Source: a virus
Lineage: Duplodnaviria > Caudoviricetes
Strand: one strand, 5' to 3'
Length of the DNA stretch: 27,619 nt
Virus record (IMG/VR): IMGVR_UViG_3300031804_000012
Coordinates: 1 to 27,619 of that record
Shown: positions 17,309 through 25,347 of the stretch, one piece after another
Layout: every line of letters starts with the position of its first letter
Position numbering within the stretch: the first letter of the stretch is position 1
The notes under the pieces: generated by a model
Seen by the model: the letters and a program-made list of their open reading frames with translations, nothing else
Databases searched by the model: none
Told to the model about the DNA's origin: nothing
Position numbers and translations under genes: made by a program

Positions 17309-17394
17309 ACTGGGGTGGCGAAATGGTAAACGCATTGGACTTAAAATCCAACACCCTTAAGGGTTTGTGGGTTCGATTCCCACCCCCAGTACCA
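17309..17394 (+). tRNA. trnL: tRNA-Leu (anticodon TAA), encoded CCA
   Basis: Acceptor ACTGGGG/CCCCAGT+A+CCA; D arm with GG; anticodon stem TTGGA/TCCAA, loop CTTAAAA; long variable arm ACCC/GGGT; T arm GTGGG-TTCGATT-CCCAC. Confidence 0.95.
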
Positions 17395-17413
17395 TCTATA
17401 AAAGGAGTGGGAA

Positions 17414-17911
17414 ATGAATAATATAGAAAAGATAATGAATACTATTAAGTGGGTAAACGATACTTTTGTTCCTTGGGGATTAAAACCTATAGAGGATTTA
17501 CCAGAAGCTGTGCCAGGACAAGGGGATTCATGTGTTATTGCCAAGGTATTAAGGGACGGTTTCCCTGCCTTAGAAAGTGTTCATGTAAGCACTAAATCAA
17601 TTACCTTTACGGTTCCCTACTGGAAGGGAACTACATACCTACCCCAGTCCAGTATTCCAAAAATGGATATCCTATGGATAGGAGACTCCCAGTTTCCGGT
17701 TGATGATGAGCTTGATATGCCAGAAGAAGTACAGATGTTTATAAATGAATTTGACCACGGACTTTTTCCAGAGTTAATTGATACGGAATTAACTGTTGCT
17801 AAGGTAGGGGAACAAGAAGCCCATGATGCCTACAGAATTGGATGTGACCATACCAAAGACTGCAACCTCTGTCCTCCTGAAGATTTTGCTGTAACGTCAG
17901 ATACTGTATGA
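17414..17911 (+). CDS. hypothetical protein
   Basis: 165 aa, SD AAGGAG. Confidence 0.75.
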   Translation: MNNIEKIMNTIKWVNDTFVPWGLKPIEDLPEAVPGQGDSCVIAKVLRDGFPALESVHVSTKSITFTVPYWKGTTYLPQSSIPKMDILWIGDSQFPVDDELDMPEEVQMFINEFDHGLFPELIDTELTVAKVGEQEAHDAYRIGCDHTKDCNLCPPEDFAVTSDTV

Positions 17912-18108
17912 ATAATCCTGAAAGTAGGAAGCCTAAATGGGAAGTAGGATATGTAGAACCAGTTATCTTACCGGACGATACTTATGGGGAATGTGGTAGA
18001 CCTTCATGCCATAATGTAGGGGAATTGGGAAATGGTATATGCCAACAATGTTGGGATAGAGGGGTAAGTAGAATAGGTAGAAAACATTTAGACCTACCTA
18101 ATCTATAG
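17908..18108 (+). CDS. small Cys-containing protein
   Basis: C...C...CQQCWD; ATGA coupling. Confidence 0.65.
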   Translation: MNNPESRKPKWEVGYVEPVILPDDTYGECGRPSCHNVGELGNGICQQCWDRGVSRIGRKHLDLPNL

Positions 18109-18128
18109 GATATTCTTATAAGGGGGAG

Positions 18129-18157
18129 TTGACAAAATTTCAAACGGCGAGTAAAAT
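18129..18157 (+). promoter_or_regulatory. early promoter repeat, copy 3
   Basis: GGAG-TTGACA-17-TAAAAT. Confidence 0.85.
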
Positions 18158-18194
18158 GTGGACAGGTTCAAAAATTTATTCAAGGAGCAGACTA

Positions 18195-19250
18195 ATGCCA
18201 GCCAGTATATTTGGAGACCGATTCTTAGGTAGAGAACCAGCATGGCACAGACTTGGTACGGTAATGGATACCACTAACCTAACGGCTACGGAAGCTATGG
18301 AGATAGCTGATATTGGATTCCCTGTAATCAAAGTACCTACCCATGCCGAAATGCCTGATGGTACACTTGTGGAAACAGGACAGTTTGCAGTAGTAAGAAA
18401 CGCTACTCACGATGACCCATTCCCTAGAGTCTTATCTACAGTGGGGAGTAAATGGACTGCACTACAGGCAGCAGACCTAGCTACTATGTTAGACCCAATT
18501 ACTAAGGAGTATCCAGTAGAGACTGCGGGAGCTTTGGGTAAGGGGGAGAAGATATTCTTTACCCTAGATGCAGGAGAGGGAAAGATAGCTGGTGAGGAAC
18601 ACCGCTTGTATTATTTGGTTACTGACCATCGTGATGGGACAGGAGCCTTATCTATAGCGTTTACTCCAGTACGGGTTGTCTGTCAGAATACCTTAACTGT
18701 TGGATTGAATCAAGCTAAGGTTAGTGTTAGCATTAGGCATGATGCTAGTGTACATGATGATGCTAAATTCTATATGAGTGTCTTTGAAGATATGATGAGG
18801 GCTAGAACCTCAGTCACTGAAACTATGAATCAGTTAGCTGAAGTTAACATCAGTGATGAACAAGCTATGACAGTAATTAAGTCTGCATACCCAGACCCTT
18901 CTCGTACCAATAGAATGAAAATGGTTAAGGGTATTACACCTGATGATGTCAGTAAAGCTAATTGGTTGCAGATTCTTAATGATAAGGATGCTTCTCAACA
19001 GGCATATGATTTGTCTGTGGAACGCATAGCTCGTATTCGTAACGGGGCTTGGGAACGCTACGATATATTTAATCAAGACTTTGCTAGACTGGCCCGAACT
19101 CCTTGGGCTATCTGGCAAGCTGTTGTAGAAACAGAAGATTATAGGAAAGGGAAAATGGATGGTTCTTCAGCTAAGGCTGTTCTTTATGGAAATAGGGCAG
19201 AAGCTAAAGCTAGAAGTTTCACTACCGCATTACAATTAGCTACTAGCTAA
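18195..19250 (+). CDS. DUF932 (TIGR03299-like phage/plasmid) protein
   Basis: REPAWHRLG, ETAGAL..G..IF, TPVRVVCQNTL motifs; start refined to ATG 18195 after SD AAGGAG. Confidence 0.88.
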   Translation: MPASIFGDRFLGREPAWHRLGTVMDTTNLTATEAMEIADIGFPVIKVPTHAEMPDGTLVETGQFAVVRNATHDDPFPRVLSTVGSKWTALQAADLATMLDPITKEYPVETAGALGKGEKIFFTLDAGEGKIAGEEHRLYYLVTDHRDGTGALSIAFTPVRVVCQNTLTVGLNQAKVSVSIRHDASVHDDAKFYMSVFEDMMRARTSVTETMNQLAEVNISDEQAMTVIKSAYPDPSRTNRMKMVKGITPDDVSKANWLQILNDKDASQQAYDLSVERIARIRNGAWERYDIFNQDFARLARTPWAIWQAVVETEDYRKGKMDGSSAKAVLYGNRAEAKARSFTTALQLATS

Positions 19251-19255
19251 AAAGA

Positions 19256-19300
19256 TATGGGTGGGTAGATTAAATCTACCCACCCATACTGTATATTTTT
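19256..19300 (+). terminator. intrinsic terminator
   Basis: Perfect 15-bp inverted repeat TATGGGTGGGTAGAT/ATCTACCCACCCATA, T-run downstream. Confidence 0.7.
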
Positions 19301-19315
19301 TATATGGAATAACTT

Positions 19316-19507
19316 ATGAGTAAGCCTTGTAGACATAAGATAAAATTTAAGACCGCTACAAAAGCTAAAGACTTTGCCCAAACTTATATGGAAAATATTG
19401 CTCTTACCTTCTACCCTATGGTAGCCTTTTATTGTTTTCGACATGGGTGCTATCATGTAGGACACGATAAGTATGCAGGGGGAGTTGACAAAAATTTGCA
19501 ATTGTGA
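19316..19507 (+). CDS. small basic Zn-finger-like protein
   Basis: C..K..F.T...A...FYC..HG.YHVGH motif. Confidence 0.6.
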   Translation: MSKPCRHKIKFKTATKAKDFAQTYMENIALTFYPMVAFYCFRHGCYHVGHDKYAGGVDKNLQL

Positions 19508-19513
19508 GAAACT
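19485..19513 (+). promoter_or_regulatory. early promoter repeat, copy 4
   Basis: GGAG-TTGACA-17-GAAACT, extended TG. Confidence 0.7.
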
Positions 19514-19540
19514 GGGGTCAACTTGGACGCAGAGGTGGTC

Positions 19541-19855
19541 ATGTTTTACAACACATCAACTGGATTACAGTTAGAGACAGAGAATGGTTGGACAGTATCT
19601 ATATCTTTATCTGGTGAGAGGATGAAAGAGGAGTGTGAGATTGCCGTATGGCCTACAGGTTTAGGTGACCAAAAGAATTGGATACGGTGGGGATGTAGTA
19701 GTATAGAGCCACCAGATTTTCCCATCTGTGATAGAGTGGTGAGAATTTCAACAACTGGAGAGTTGTTACAGACAATCAATACTTTATCTAATATGCCTAA
19801 GGAAGATGTACAACCTAATAAATGGATACATAAAGGAATGTCTATATGGAGGTAA
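19541..19855 (+). CDS. hypothetical protein
   Basis: Start refined to ATG after GAGGTGG; ENGWTVSI...EIAVW motif. Confidence 0.7.
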   Translation: MFYNTSTGLQLETENGWTVSISLSGERMKEECEIAVWPTGLGDQKNWIRWGCSSIEPPDFPICDRVVRISTTGELLQTINTLSNMPKEDVQPNKWIHKGMSIWR

Positions 19856-20055
19856 TTACAAAACAGGTATACGCTATGTTGGATTCGTCTAGGGAGCAGT
19901 TATATGATGAGGTCGTACATAATGTTTATATAAATGGTAAGGGGAAGCCGGGTAGTCCAGCTAAACTTTTACGAGCCTATGGATTTCAACATAAGAATAA
20001 AAAGAAGTTACTAACAGAAGTAACTGTCTTTTTACAGATGGTAGAGGTGGTTTAG
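19846..20055 (+). CDS. hypothetical protein
   Basis: 69 aa, overlapping start. Confidence 0.6.
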   Translation: MEVITKQVYAMLDSSREQLYDEVVHNVYINGKGKPGSPAKLLRAYGFQHKNKKKLLTEVTVFLQMVEVV

Positions 20056-20057
20056 TA

Positions 20058-20462
20058 ATGGCCTATAGATACAGTAAAGATATACGAGACAGGGCTACTA
20101 AGAAAGGGAGTGAACACATGGTCATCAAGACTGGACATTCTAAGGGTATCTATCACTACAACTTAAAGTCTACTACTCAGGCAGAGTTTGACCATTTGGT
20201 ACAATTGAATAAGAAGGCAAAGGTTGCAGTAAATCCTATTAGGAGAAGTCTGGGTCAACTCACTCCTTCTAATGTGTTAACCATCAAAGGTTACTACGAT
20301 GTTAAGGGACTTAACCTTATGAGACTCCGTAATAATGTCTATAGGTTTGCTAAAGAAATGAACCTACATATAGAAACCGCTTTCTCTAGAGAGAGGGCGG
20401 CTTTACTTGTTAGGCTTAAGAGAGACTGGCCTGTCGGAGTTGACAAAACTTTAAGTTTGTGA
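20058..20462 (+). CDS. basic hypothetical protein
   Basis: 134 aa, SD GAGGTGG. Confidence 0.7.
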   Translation: MAYRYSKDIRDRATKKGSEHMVIKTGHSKGIYHYNLKSTTQAEFDHLVQLNKKAKVAVNPIRRSLGQLTPSNVLTIKGYYDVKGLNLMRLRNNVYRFAKEMNLHIETAFSRERAALLVRLKRDWPVGVDKTLSL

Positions 20463-20468
20463 GAAACT
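20440..20468 (+). promoter_or_regulatory. early promoter repeat, copy 5
   Basis: GGAG-TTGACA-17-GAAACT, extended TG. Confidence 0.7.
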
Positions 20469-20471
20469 AAA

Positions 20472-20615
20472 TTTGCCAAGGGTGTCACAGGTCGTTGCAA
20501 CGGCTAAGAATAGTGATTAAACGTAGGGATAGAGAAATGACTGTGCTGGGCTGTATGGACAACATTCCTAGGTGAGTACCATACCCGTTAGTACAGCAGA
20601 ATGGCCCTTGGCAAA
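20472..20615 (+). ncRNA. candidate structured RNA (ncRNA or cis-regulatory leader) upstream of the WYL_2/DUF2693 gene
   Basis: Closing stem TTTGCCAAGGG/CCCTTGGCAAA, two internal hairpins with G-U pairs, possible pseudoknot; begins at the predicted TSS. Confidence 0.6.
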
Positions 20616-20635
20616 ATATTATTAGGAGAGAGAAT

Positions 20636-20917
20636 ATGGTTACAACTACAGACAAGCCTACAGCGTTAGAGGTTATTAGAAAATCTAAGGGTAAATTTAT
20701 GGCAGTTGAGTTTGTTAAGAGGACTACTGGTGAAATTAGGAAAATGAACTGCCGTACTGGTGTAACTAAAGGGGTTACTGGTATTGGAAAGCCTTTTAAT
20801 GATTCTGATAAAGGGTTAGTTACTGTCTGGGATGCTCAGATAAGTCAGTTCCGTTCCATACCTCTAGAGAATATCATAAGTATAACTAGTCAAGGAGTAG
20901 AGTGGTTATGGTTTTAG
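20636..20917 (+). CDS. WYL_2 / DUF2693 Sm-like SH3 beta-barrel protein
   Basis: V.FVK...GEIR.M..R.G...L.TVWD......RSIPLENI pattern. Confidence 0.75.
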   Translation: MVTTTDKPTALEVIRKSKGKFMAVEFVKRTTGEIRKMNCRTGVTKGVTGIGKPFNDSDKGLVTVWDAQISQFRSIPLENIISITSQGVEWLWF

Positions 20918-21099
20918 CTCTCTTTGGTAATCACCGTTGCTTTAGGTGTCAACAATATCAACTTCGTATCAAAGAGTTGGAAGAAATAAATGATTTGCAC
21001 CGTAGACTTAATGGGGAGTTAAGGGAAACCATTAACTTGGGTCTAAGTTCTTTAGATGCTACAGATATGTTAGGAGGAAGTAATGAGTGTAATGGATAA
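20902..21099 (+). CDS. hypothetical protein
   Basis: 65 aa, SD AAGGAG. Confidence 0.55.
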   Translation: MVMVLALFGNHRCFRCQQYQLRIKELEEINDLHRRLNGELRETINLGLSSLDATDMLGGSNECNG

Positions 21100-21400
21100 A
21101 GAAGCGTATGAAGAACGGTATGGTGAAAAGGTAATCTACTGTAGGGTACATCAGCTATCTGGGATAGATAGTTGTATAGCTTGTGAAGAAGAAGAAAGAG
21201 GAGAAGAAGAAATGGTAACGGTATGTGCAACTTGTGACTACAAGAGTTCAGAGGATGAATTTATTTCTGTGGGGAACCCTAATGTTATCTGTCCCTCATG
21301 CTACGATAGCTATCTAAAAGAGGCCGATAGGATGAAAGCTCAAGAGGAGAGGCAAACAGAACGGTTGGTATATGCTATCAATACAGACTACCTAGACTAG
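21083..21400 (+). CDS. multi-Cys zinc-binding protein
   Basis: C..H...C..C, CATC...CPSC; SD AGGAGG. Confidence 0.7.
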   Translation: MSVMDKEAYEERYGEKVIYCRVHQLSGIDSCIACEEEERGEEEMVTVCATCDYKSSEDEFISVGNPNVICPSCYDSYLKEADRMKAQEERQTERLVYAINTDYLD

Positions 21401-21411
21401 AGGAGTTTATA

Positions 21412-21975
21412 ATGTTGACCACCAAAAAATATACGGAACAACTAAATCTAGAAATGGATATATATAAAGAGTTAATGCAGAAGGCGTGGGGTGAAATACC
21501 AATACTGGAACCTAAAGTAGAAGTGGTACTTAAAGTATCTATGGACTTTGACCTTGGAGACTTCCCACATAAGGGACAAGTCTTTTATGTCCATCCAGAG
21601 AAGTATGAGAAACTAACTCCTGCTAAGGTAGCTACGAAAATAGTCCAAGAAATTAACCAGCATAGGAACCAGTGTAACCAATGTGGTGTACCTACTCCCC
21701 ATCTATGGAGTAGGCAGTATGGAGTAGGGGATAGACTTAGGGAGTACAAGAATTACCGCACCGGTAAAGCATATACTGAAGAAGAAATAATGATGTATGA
21801 TTTACCACCCGATGAATTGGAACGTAAGATACATCCAGTATTATCCAGAAGGTTAGATAAACGATTAGCACAAAAAGCATTGGCTGAAAAGGATGTAAGG
21901 AATCCAGCATATCGATCAGCCTACGATAAAGAAATGAATGATTGGTTTGGGGTAGGAGAAACTACCCATGTTTAA
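21412..21975 (+). CDS. hypothetical protein
   Basis: 187 aa, SD GAGGAG. Confidence 0.75.
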   Translation: MLTTKKYTEQLNLEMDIYKELMQKAWGEIPILEPKVEVVLKVSMDFDLGDFPHKGQVFYVHPEKYEKLTPAKVATKIVQEINQHRNQCNQCGVPTPHLWSRQYGVGDRLREYKNYRTGKAYTEEEIMMYDLPPDELERKIHPVLSRRLDKRLAQKALAEKDVRNPAYRSAYDKEMNDWFGVGETTHV

Positions 21976-22057
21976 TAAATGGATGATGGTAACTAACATG
22001 GGCATAATGTCAGGTGTATGGGTAACTCTATTGTGTATGATACTAAGGGCGAGTTGA
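21968..22057 (+). CDS. possible 29-aa hydrophobic peptide
   Basis: MFNKWMMVTNMGIMSGVWVTLLCMILRAS; stop is the TGA of TTGACA. Confidence 0.4.
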   Translation: MFNKWMMVTNMGIMSGVWVTLLCMILRAS

Positions 22058-22082
22058 CAAAAATTTGCCAGTTTGATAAGCT
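22054..22082 (+). promoter_or_regulatory. early promoter repeat, copy 6
   Basis: GAG-TTGACA-17-TAAGCT, extended TG. Confidence 0.8.
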
Positions 22083-22109
22083 GGTGACACGTTAAATTTG
22101 TGAGGGCCG

Positions 22110-22700
22110 ATGAAAGTTAGAAATAAAGTGTATGGCAGTTACCGTAATATTATCAAATGTTATGAGACAGCTCTACCAACATCTATAGAACAGGGGACTA
22201 CATGGTATAGTGACGCTCAGAATATAGCTATACATATCGGTAGGCTTGGTGGTTATACAGACCACCAAGCCCTATTTGTAGGGGCAGGGATTTTATCAGC
22301 CCTGTCTCCACAAGTAGAGTGGAGTATGAATGTCCAATTCGCTATGTCCTTAGTTACTAAAGGGATAAGAAAACAAACATGGAACAATCATAATAAGGCT
22401 GTACGGATTCTATATGGTGAGAAACCTATAGAGGTTCTGGGTGGAAAGAAGGTTAGGGCTTTTTATAAAGCTGTAGTAGCACCTAAGGGTCAGGGTGAAC
22501 CTGTAATAGATAGACACGCTCTAGCTGTTTATATGGGTAGGAATGTTACAGAAAAAGAATTAACTTATTTGCAGAGTCCATTGGTTATGAAACGGGTACA
22601 GGGAGCCTATAGGAAAGCTAGTAATACATTGGGTATACATCACCATGACTTACAAGCTATAACTTGGGTAGAGTGGAGAGCTAAGAAGAAGGAGAGTTAA
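22110..22700 (+). CDS. DUF7178-like all-alpha (HhH-glycosylase-like) phage protein
   Basis: G..WY..A, SALSPQ..W..N, G.KVRAFY, VIDRHA, LQAITWVEWR motifs. Confidence 0.75.
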   Translation: MKVRNKVYGSYRNIIKCYETALPTSIEQGTTWYSDAQNIAIHIGRLGGYTDHQALFVGAGILSALSPQVEWSMNVQFAMSLVTKGIRKQTWNNHNKAVRILYGEKPIEVLGGKKVRAFYKAVVAPKGQGEPVIDRHALAVYMGRNVTEKELTYLQSPLVMKRVQGAYRKASNTLGIHHHDLQAITWVEWRAKKKES

Positions 22701-22837
22701 TGGAATACTTATCAGAGTGTTGCGATAGCCCACCACATGGGGAACTAGATATGTCTACTATTCCATATGGTGGGCCGTCAGGGTTCTGTAGTAACTGTCA
22801 TGATAACTGTATCTTTATAGTAGAGGAAGTAGAATAA
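22700..22837 (+). CDS. 45-aa Cys-rich protein (not in ORF track)
   Basis: SECC...CSNC..NC; TAATG coupling at both ends. Confidence 0.7.
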   Translation: MEYLSECCDSPPHGELDMSTIPYGGPSGFCSNCHDNCIFIVEEVE

Positions 22838-23181
22838 TGTTTGATAGTCAAGCTGAACACGATAGTAACCTAGAGGAAGGACGGGCATTTTATGATAAGA
22901 TATTTGAAGGGGAATTTGCCGATAAGGTTATGGCACGAATAAAGGATAGTGCCACGGAACTAGATAACCTACTGTATACTATCTTCTATGATTCAATACA
23001 GGCAGGCTATATAAAGGATATAGGTAATATTACAGATGAAGAAGGATTCCCTGCCTATGTCCTATCTTCTAAGGATTTAAGAGTGCTAATGTATACGGCA
23101 GTAACGATAGGTATGTATGAACAGAACCTAAATCATAAGCTAGAGAGTATGTGGGGAGTTGACAACATTTCGGCGGAGTGA
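22837..23181 (+). CDS. acidic hypothetical protein
   Basis: 114 aa. Confidence 0.7.
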   Translation: MFDSQAEHDSNLEEGRAFYDKIFEGEFADKVMARIKDSATELDNLLYTIFYDSIQAGYIKDIGNITDEEGFPAYVLSSKDLRVLMYTAVTIGMYEQNLNHKLESMWGVDNISAE

Positions 23182-23187
23182 TAAACT
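23159..23187 (+). promoter_or_regulatory. early promoter repeat, copy 7
   Basis: GGAG-TTGACA-17-TAAACT, extended TG. Confidence 0.85.
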
Positions 23188-23215
23188 TGAAACATCTTGA
23201 AATTTGGAGGCTGTT

Positions 23216-23452
23216 ATGCCAATAGAACATAGTGCTGGTGGGACAATGATAACTGGTGACTCTATTATGCACTATAGGTTATTGAACCTGATAGTAGGAC
23301 TTAAGGTAGAGATACAGGGTATGAGACTTACCAGTAGGGGAAGCACCTGCTACTCTATACTTAAGAGAGAGTATGGACTTAAGGGTAACAAAGAAAAGGT
23401 ATTGGCACAGGCTCAGGAAATTATGGATAAAATAAAAGAGGAGTATATCTAA
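23216..23452 (+). CDS. hypothetical protein
   Basis: Start refined to ATG after GGAGG; GLK.E..GM.L.RG..Y..LK..G..G motif. Confidence 0.75.
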   Translation: MPIEHSAGGTMITGDSIMHYRLLNLIVGLKVEIQGMRLTSRGSTCYSILKREYGLKGNKEKVLAQAQEIMDKIKEEYI

Positions 23453-23958
23453 TGCCTAATTGGTGCAGTAACAGGGTAACGGTTTGTGGTAAGCTAGCTG
23501 AAGTTAAACAACTTAAAGAGCGTGTTAAGGGTATAGAATCATTTAGCTTTGATTCCGTACTACCTATGCCAGAGGAGCTAAAGACTGTACAGTCTCCTGT
23601 AAGCATTATGACCCAAGAGAAGATAGAAGAATACAAGAAGAAATGGGGAAGCCATCCACTACATCTAACTTTACCCATAACTCAAGAAACATCTGATAGA
23701 CTAGATGCGGAATACGGTGCTAATAACTGGTATGATTGGGCCAACGAGAATTGGGGAACTAAGTGGGATGCTAGAGATGTTACACTAGAGGATTCTACCT
23801 TAGATGGAGAGGAGACATACGGTGAGTTAGAGTATACCTTTGATACAGCATGGGGGCCACCGGAAGGTGTACATTCTATCCTTACAAAGGACTTTCCAAC
23901 CTTAAGTATTACATGGTTTTGGGATGAACCTGGTATGGAACTAGCTGGATATTTATAG
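23452..23958 (+). CDS. DUF1281 / YubB ferredoxin-like fold protein
   Basis: MPNWC.N, PMPEEL, WYDW...NWGTKW, FDTAW.PP, DEPG motifs. Confidence 0.88.
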   Translation: MPNWCSNRVTVCGKLAEVKQLKERVKGIESFSFDSVLPMPEELKTVQSPVSIMTQEKIEEYKKKWGSHPLHLTLPITQETSDRLDAEYGANNWYDWANENWGTKWDARDVTLEDSTLDGEETYGELEYTFDTAWGPPEGVHSILTKDFPTLSITWFWDEPGMELAGYL

Positions 23959-23962
23959 GGGA

Positions 23963-24199
23963 GTGGTTATGGATTATATACAGAGTCACAAAGATGGAAT
24001 AGAGTTTAGGGATTGTCCTAGAGGCCAGTACATTATGGCACAGGCTTTATACCTAGGAATACAAGCCTTGTACCAGATACCCGAACCCTATAGGGAAGTA
24101 TCTAATGCTATGGATATGAAGTTTCTCTTAGAGACTCTACATCCATATATGGCTAAATATTTTGAGCAGGTACAAGCACCGATAATGCCTATAGAGTAA
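23963..24199 (+). CDS. hypothetical protein
   Basis: 78 aa, RGQYIMAQAL...EPYRE.SN..DM motif. Confidence 0.7.
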   Translation: MVMDYIQSHKDGIEFRDCPRGQYIMAQALYLGIQALYQIPEPYREVSNAMDMKFLLETLHPYMAKYFEQVQAPIMPIE

Positions 24200-24207
24200 G
24201 GGTGGAG

Positions 24208-24236
24208 TTGACAAAAATTTGTCCAACCTGTAAACT
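24208..24236 (+). promoter_or_regulatory. early promoter repeat, copy 8
   Basis: GGTGGAG-TTGACA-17-TAAACT. Confidence 0.85.
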
Positions 24237-24272
24237 GTCCACAGGTTCAAAAATTTGTTGTGGGAGTATGGT

Positions 24273-24671
24273 ATGTATACGGTAAAGGCACAGACTTTGT
24301 ATGTTAATGTCTATGAGGAAACCCAACGCTATGGTGGGGCAGAGGAAGGTGGCTGGTACTATTGGGAAGGTACTCCTATATGGACTGCTAAGGGTATCTG
24401 TCTATGTCTATATAGTAAGTATGAAGTACATTATCCTATAGGTGAGTATGTCCTATATGGTGAGCATGAAGTACATTGTCCTATAGGTGAGTATATCCTA
24501 ACTGCTCAGGCTATTGTAAGTGGTAGGAAGGAAGGGTATTTAGAAAGTTATACTAGCCAAGATGTAGATAGTCCAGAGTATAGAAATGAGGGCATCTACA
24601 GTAGACGTAAGTTACGGGTAGAGGATGGGCCATCTGAGGCATACCCTAAAGAACGTCCCTATTACGAATAA
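24273..24671 (+). CDS. YGG.EEGGW-motif phage protein with internal 45-nt duplication
   Basis: YVNVY.....YGGAEEGGWYY..G...P..RPYYE; start refined after GGGAG. Confidence 0.75.
   Translation: MYTVKAQTLYVNVYEETQRYGGAEEGGWYYWEGTPIWTAKGICLCLYSKYEVHYPIGEYVLYGEHEVHCPIGEYILTAQAIVSGRKEGYLESYTSQDVDSPEYRNEGIYSRRKLRVEDGPSEAYPKERPYYE
24421..24500 (+). repeat. 35-bp direct repeat, period 45 nt
   Basis: ATGAAGTACATTrTCCTATAGGTGAGTATrTCCTA at 24421 and 24466. Confidence 0.85.
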
Positions 24672-24677
24672 GACAGG

Positions 24678-24706
24678 TTGACAAAACTTCCGTTTGGCCC
24701 TAAACT
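24678..24706 (+). promoter_or_regulatory. early promoter repeat, copy 9
   Basis: TTGACA-17-TAAACT. Confidence 0.85.
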
Positions 24707-24742
24707 GGTTGCAAGTCCAAAAATTTGGTGGCAGGAGTAGGT

Positions 24743-24922
24743 ATGAATTACTATAATGAAAAGCATAACTGTGAGGTATGTGGACGATATGACCACCTTA
24801 CCTTTGGCACTATCCATTGGGGCTGGTGCGGGTGGTGTGTAAGGAACCGTATGGAAGGGCGTGGGTATGATAGCTTTGGAAAAGTGGTTGACTTTAACTC
24901 CTATTTTACAGGAGAGAGGTAA
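24743..24922 (+). CDS. small CxxC...CxxC protein
   Basis: CEVC...CGWC; SD AGGAG. Confidence 0.65.
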   Translation: MNYYNEKHNCEVCGRYDHLTFGTIHWGWCGWCVRNRMEGRGYDSFGKVVDFNSYFTGER

Positions 24923-24928
24923 CAACTA

Positions 24929-25132
24929 ATGGTATATAAGAATTACTACCAAGTACCAGAAGGGGTATCGGATAGGACTACCATTCAATACAATGCAGAG
25001 TATAAGGTATTTGACATACTGGTAAACGGTAACAGGATACATAGTATGAACGAAGCACAGTTTGATTACTTCTGCTATACTGTAGAACCAGCCCAAGAGA
25101 ATAGGTATCAAAATGAGGAAGGTAACAACTAA
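24929..25132 (+). CDS. hypothetical protein
   Basis: 67 aa, flanked by a 15-bp direct repeat. Confidence 0.65.
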   Translation: MVYKNYYQVPEGVSDRTTIQYNAEYKVFDILVNGNRIHSMNEAQFDYFCYTVEPAQENRYQNEEGNN

Positions 25133-25347
25133 TGACGGAACAGTTATGTATAGATGGTACACAAGCTCACTATTGGATGATTGAACCAAGTAAGGGTAGT
25201 ACATCCTGCGGTACTTGTAATAGGTGTAATGAGACACGGAAGTTTCATAACTCTATAGAGGCTATAACTGCATGGAAAGACCAAGGTGACCAAGCTATTA
25301 AGAACCGTAAGAATCAGCTAGTAAATTTGGGGCGTAGGAATACATAA
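25132..25347 (+). CDS. small C...H.W.IE...S.G.C..C.E...F.NS zinc-binding protein
   Basis: Motif visible in translation; TAATG coupling. Confidence 0.75.
   Translation: MTEQLCIDGTQAHYWMIEPSKGSTSCGTCNRCNETRKFHNSIEAITAWKDQGDQAIKNRKNQLVNLGRRNT

Noticed and set aside
17309-17394. tRNA as a prophage attachment site
   Set aside because: No integrase, no duplicated tRNA 3' end, and phage-like genes continue on both sides.
18129-18194. TTG-start N-terminal extension of the DUF932 gene
   Set aside because: The TTG is the -35 box of the promoter repeat; the SD-supported ATG is at 18195.
20472-20615. Identification as 6S, SRP, tmRNA or hammerhead ribozyme
   Set aside because: No SRP helix-8 motif, no tRNA-like ends, no CUGANGA/GAAA core, and the internal loop is too asymmetric for a typical 6S.
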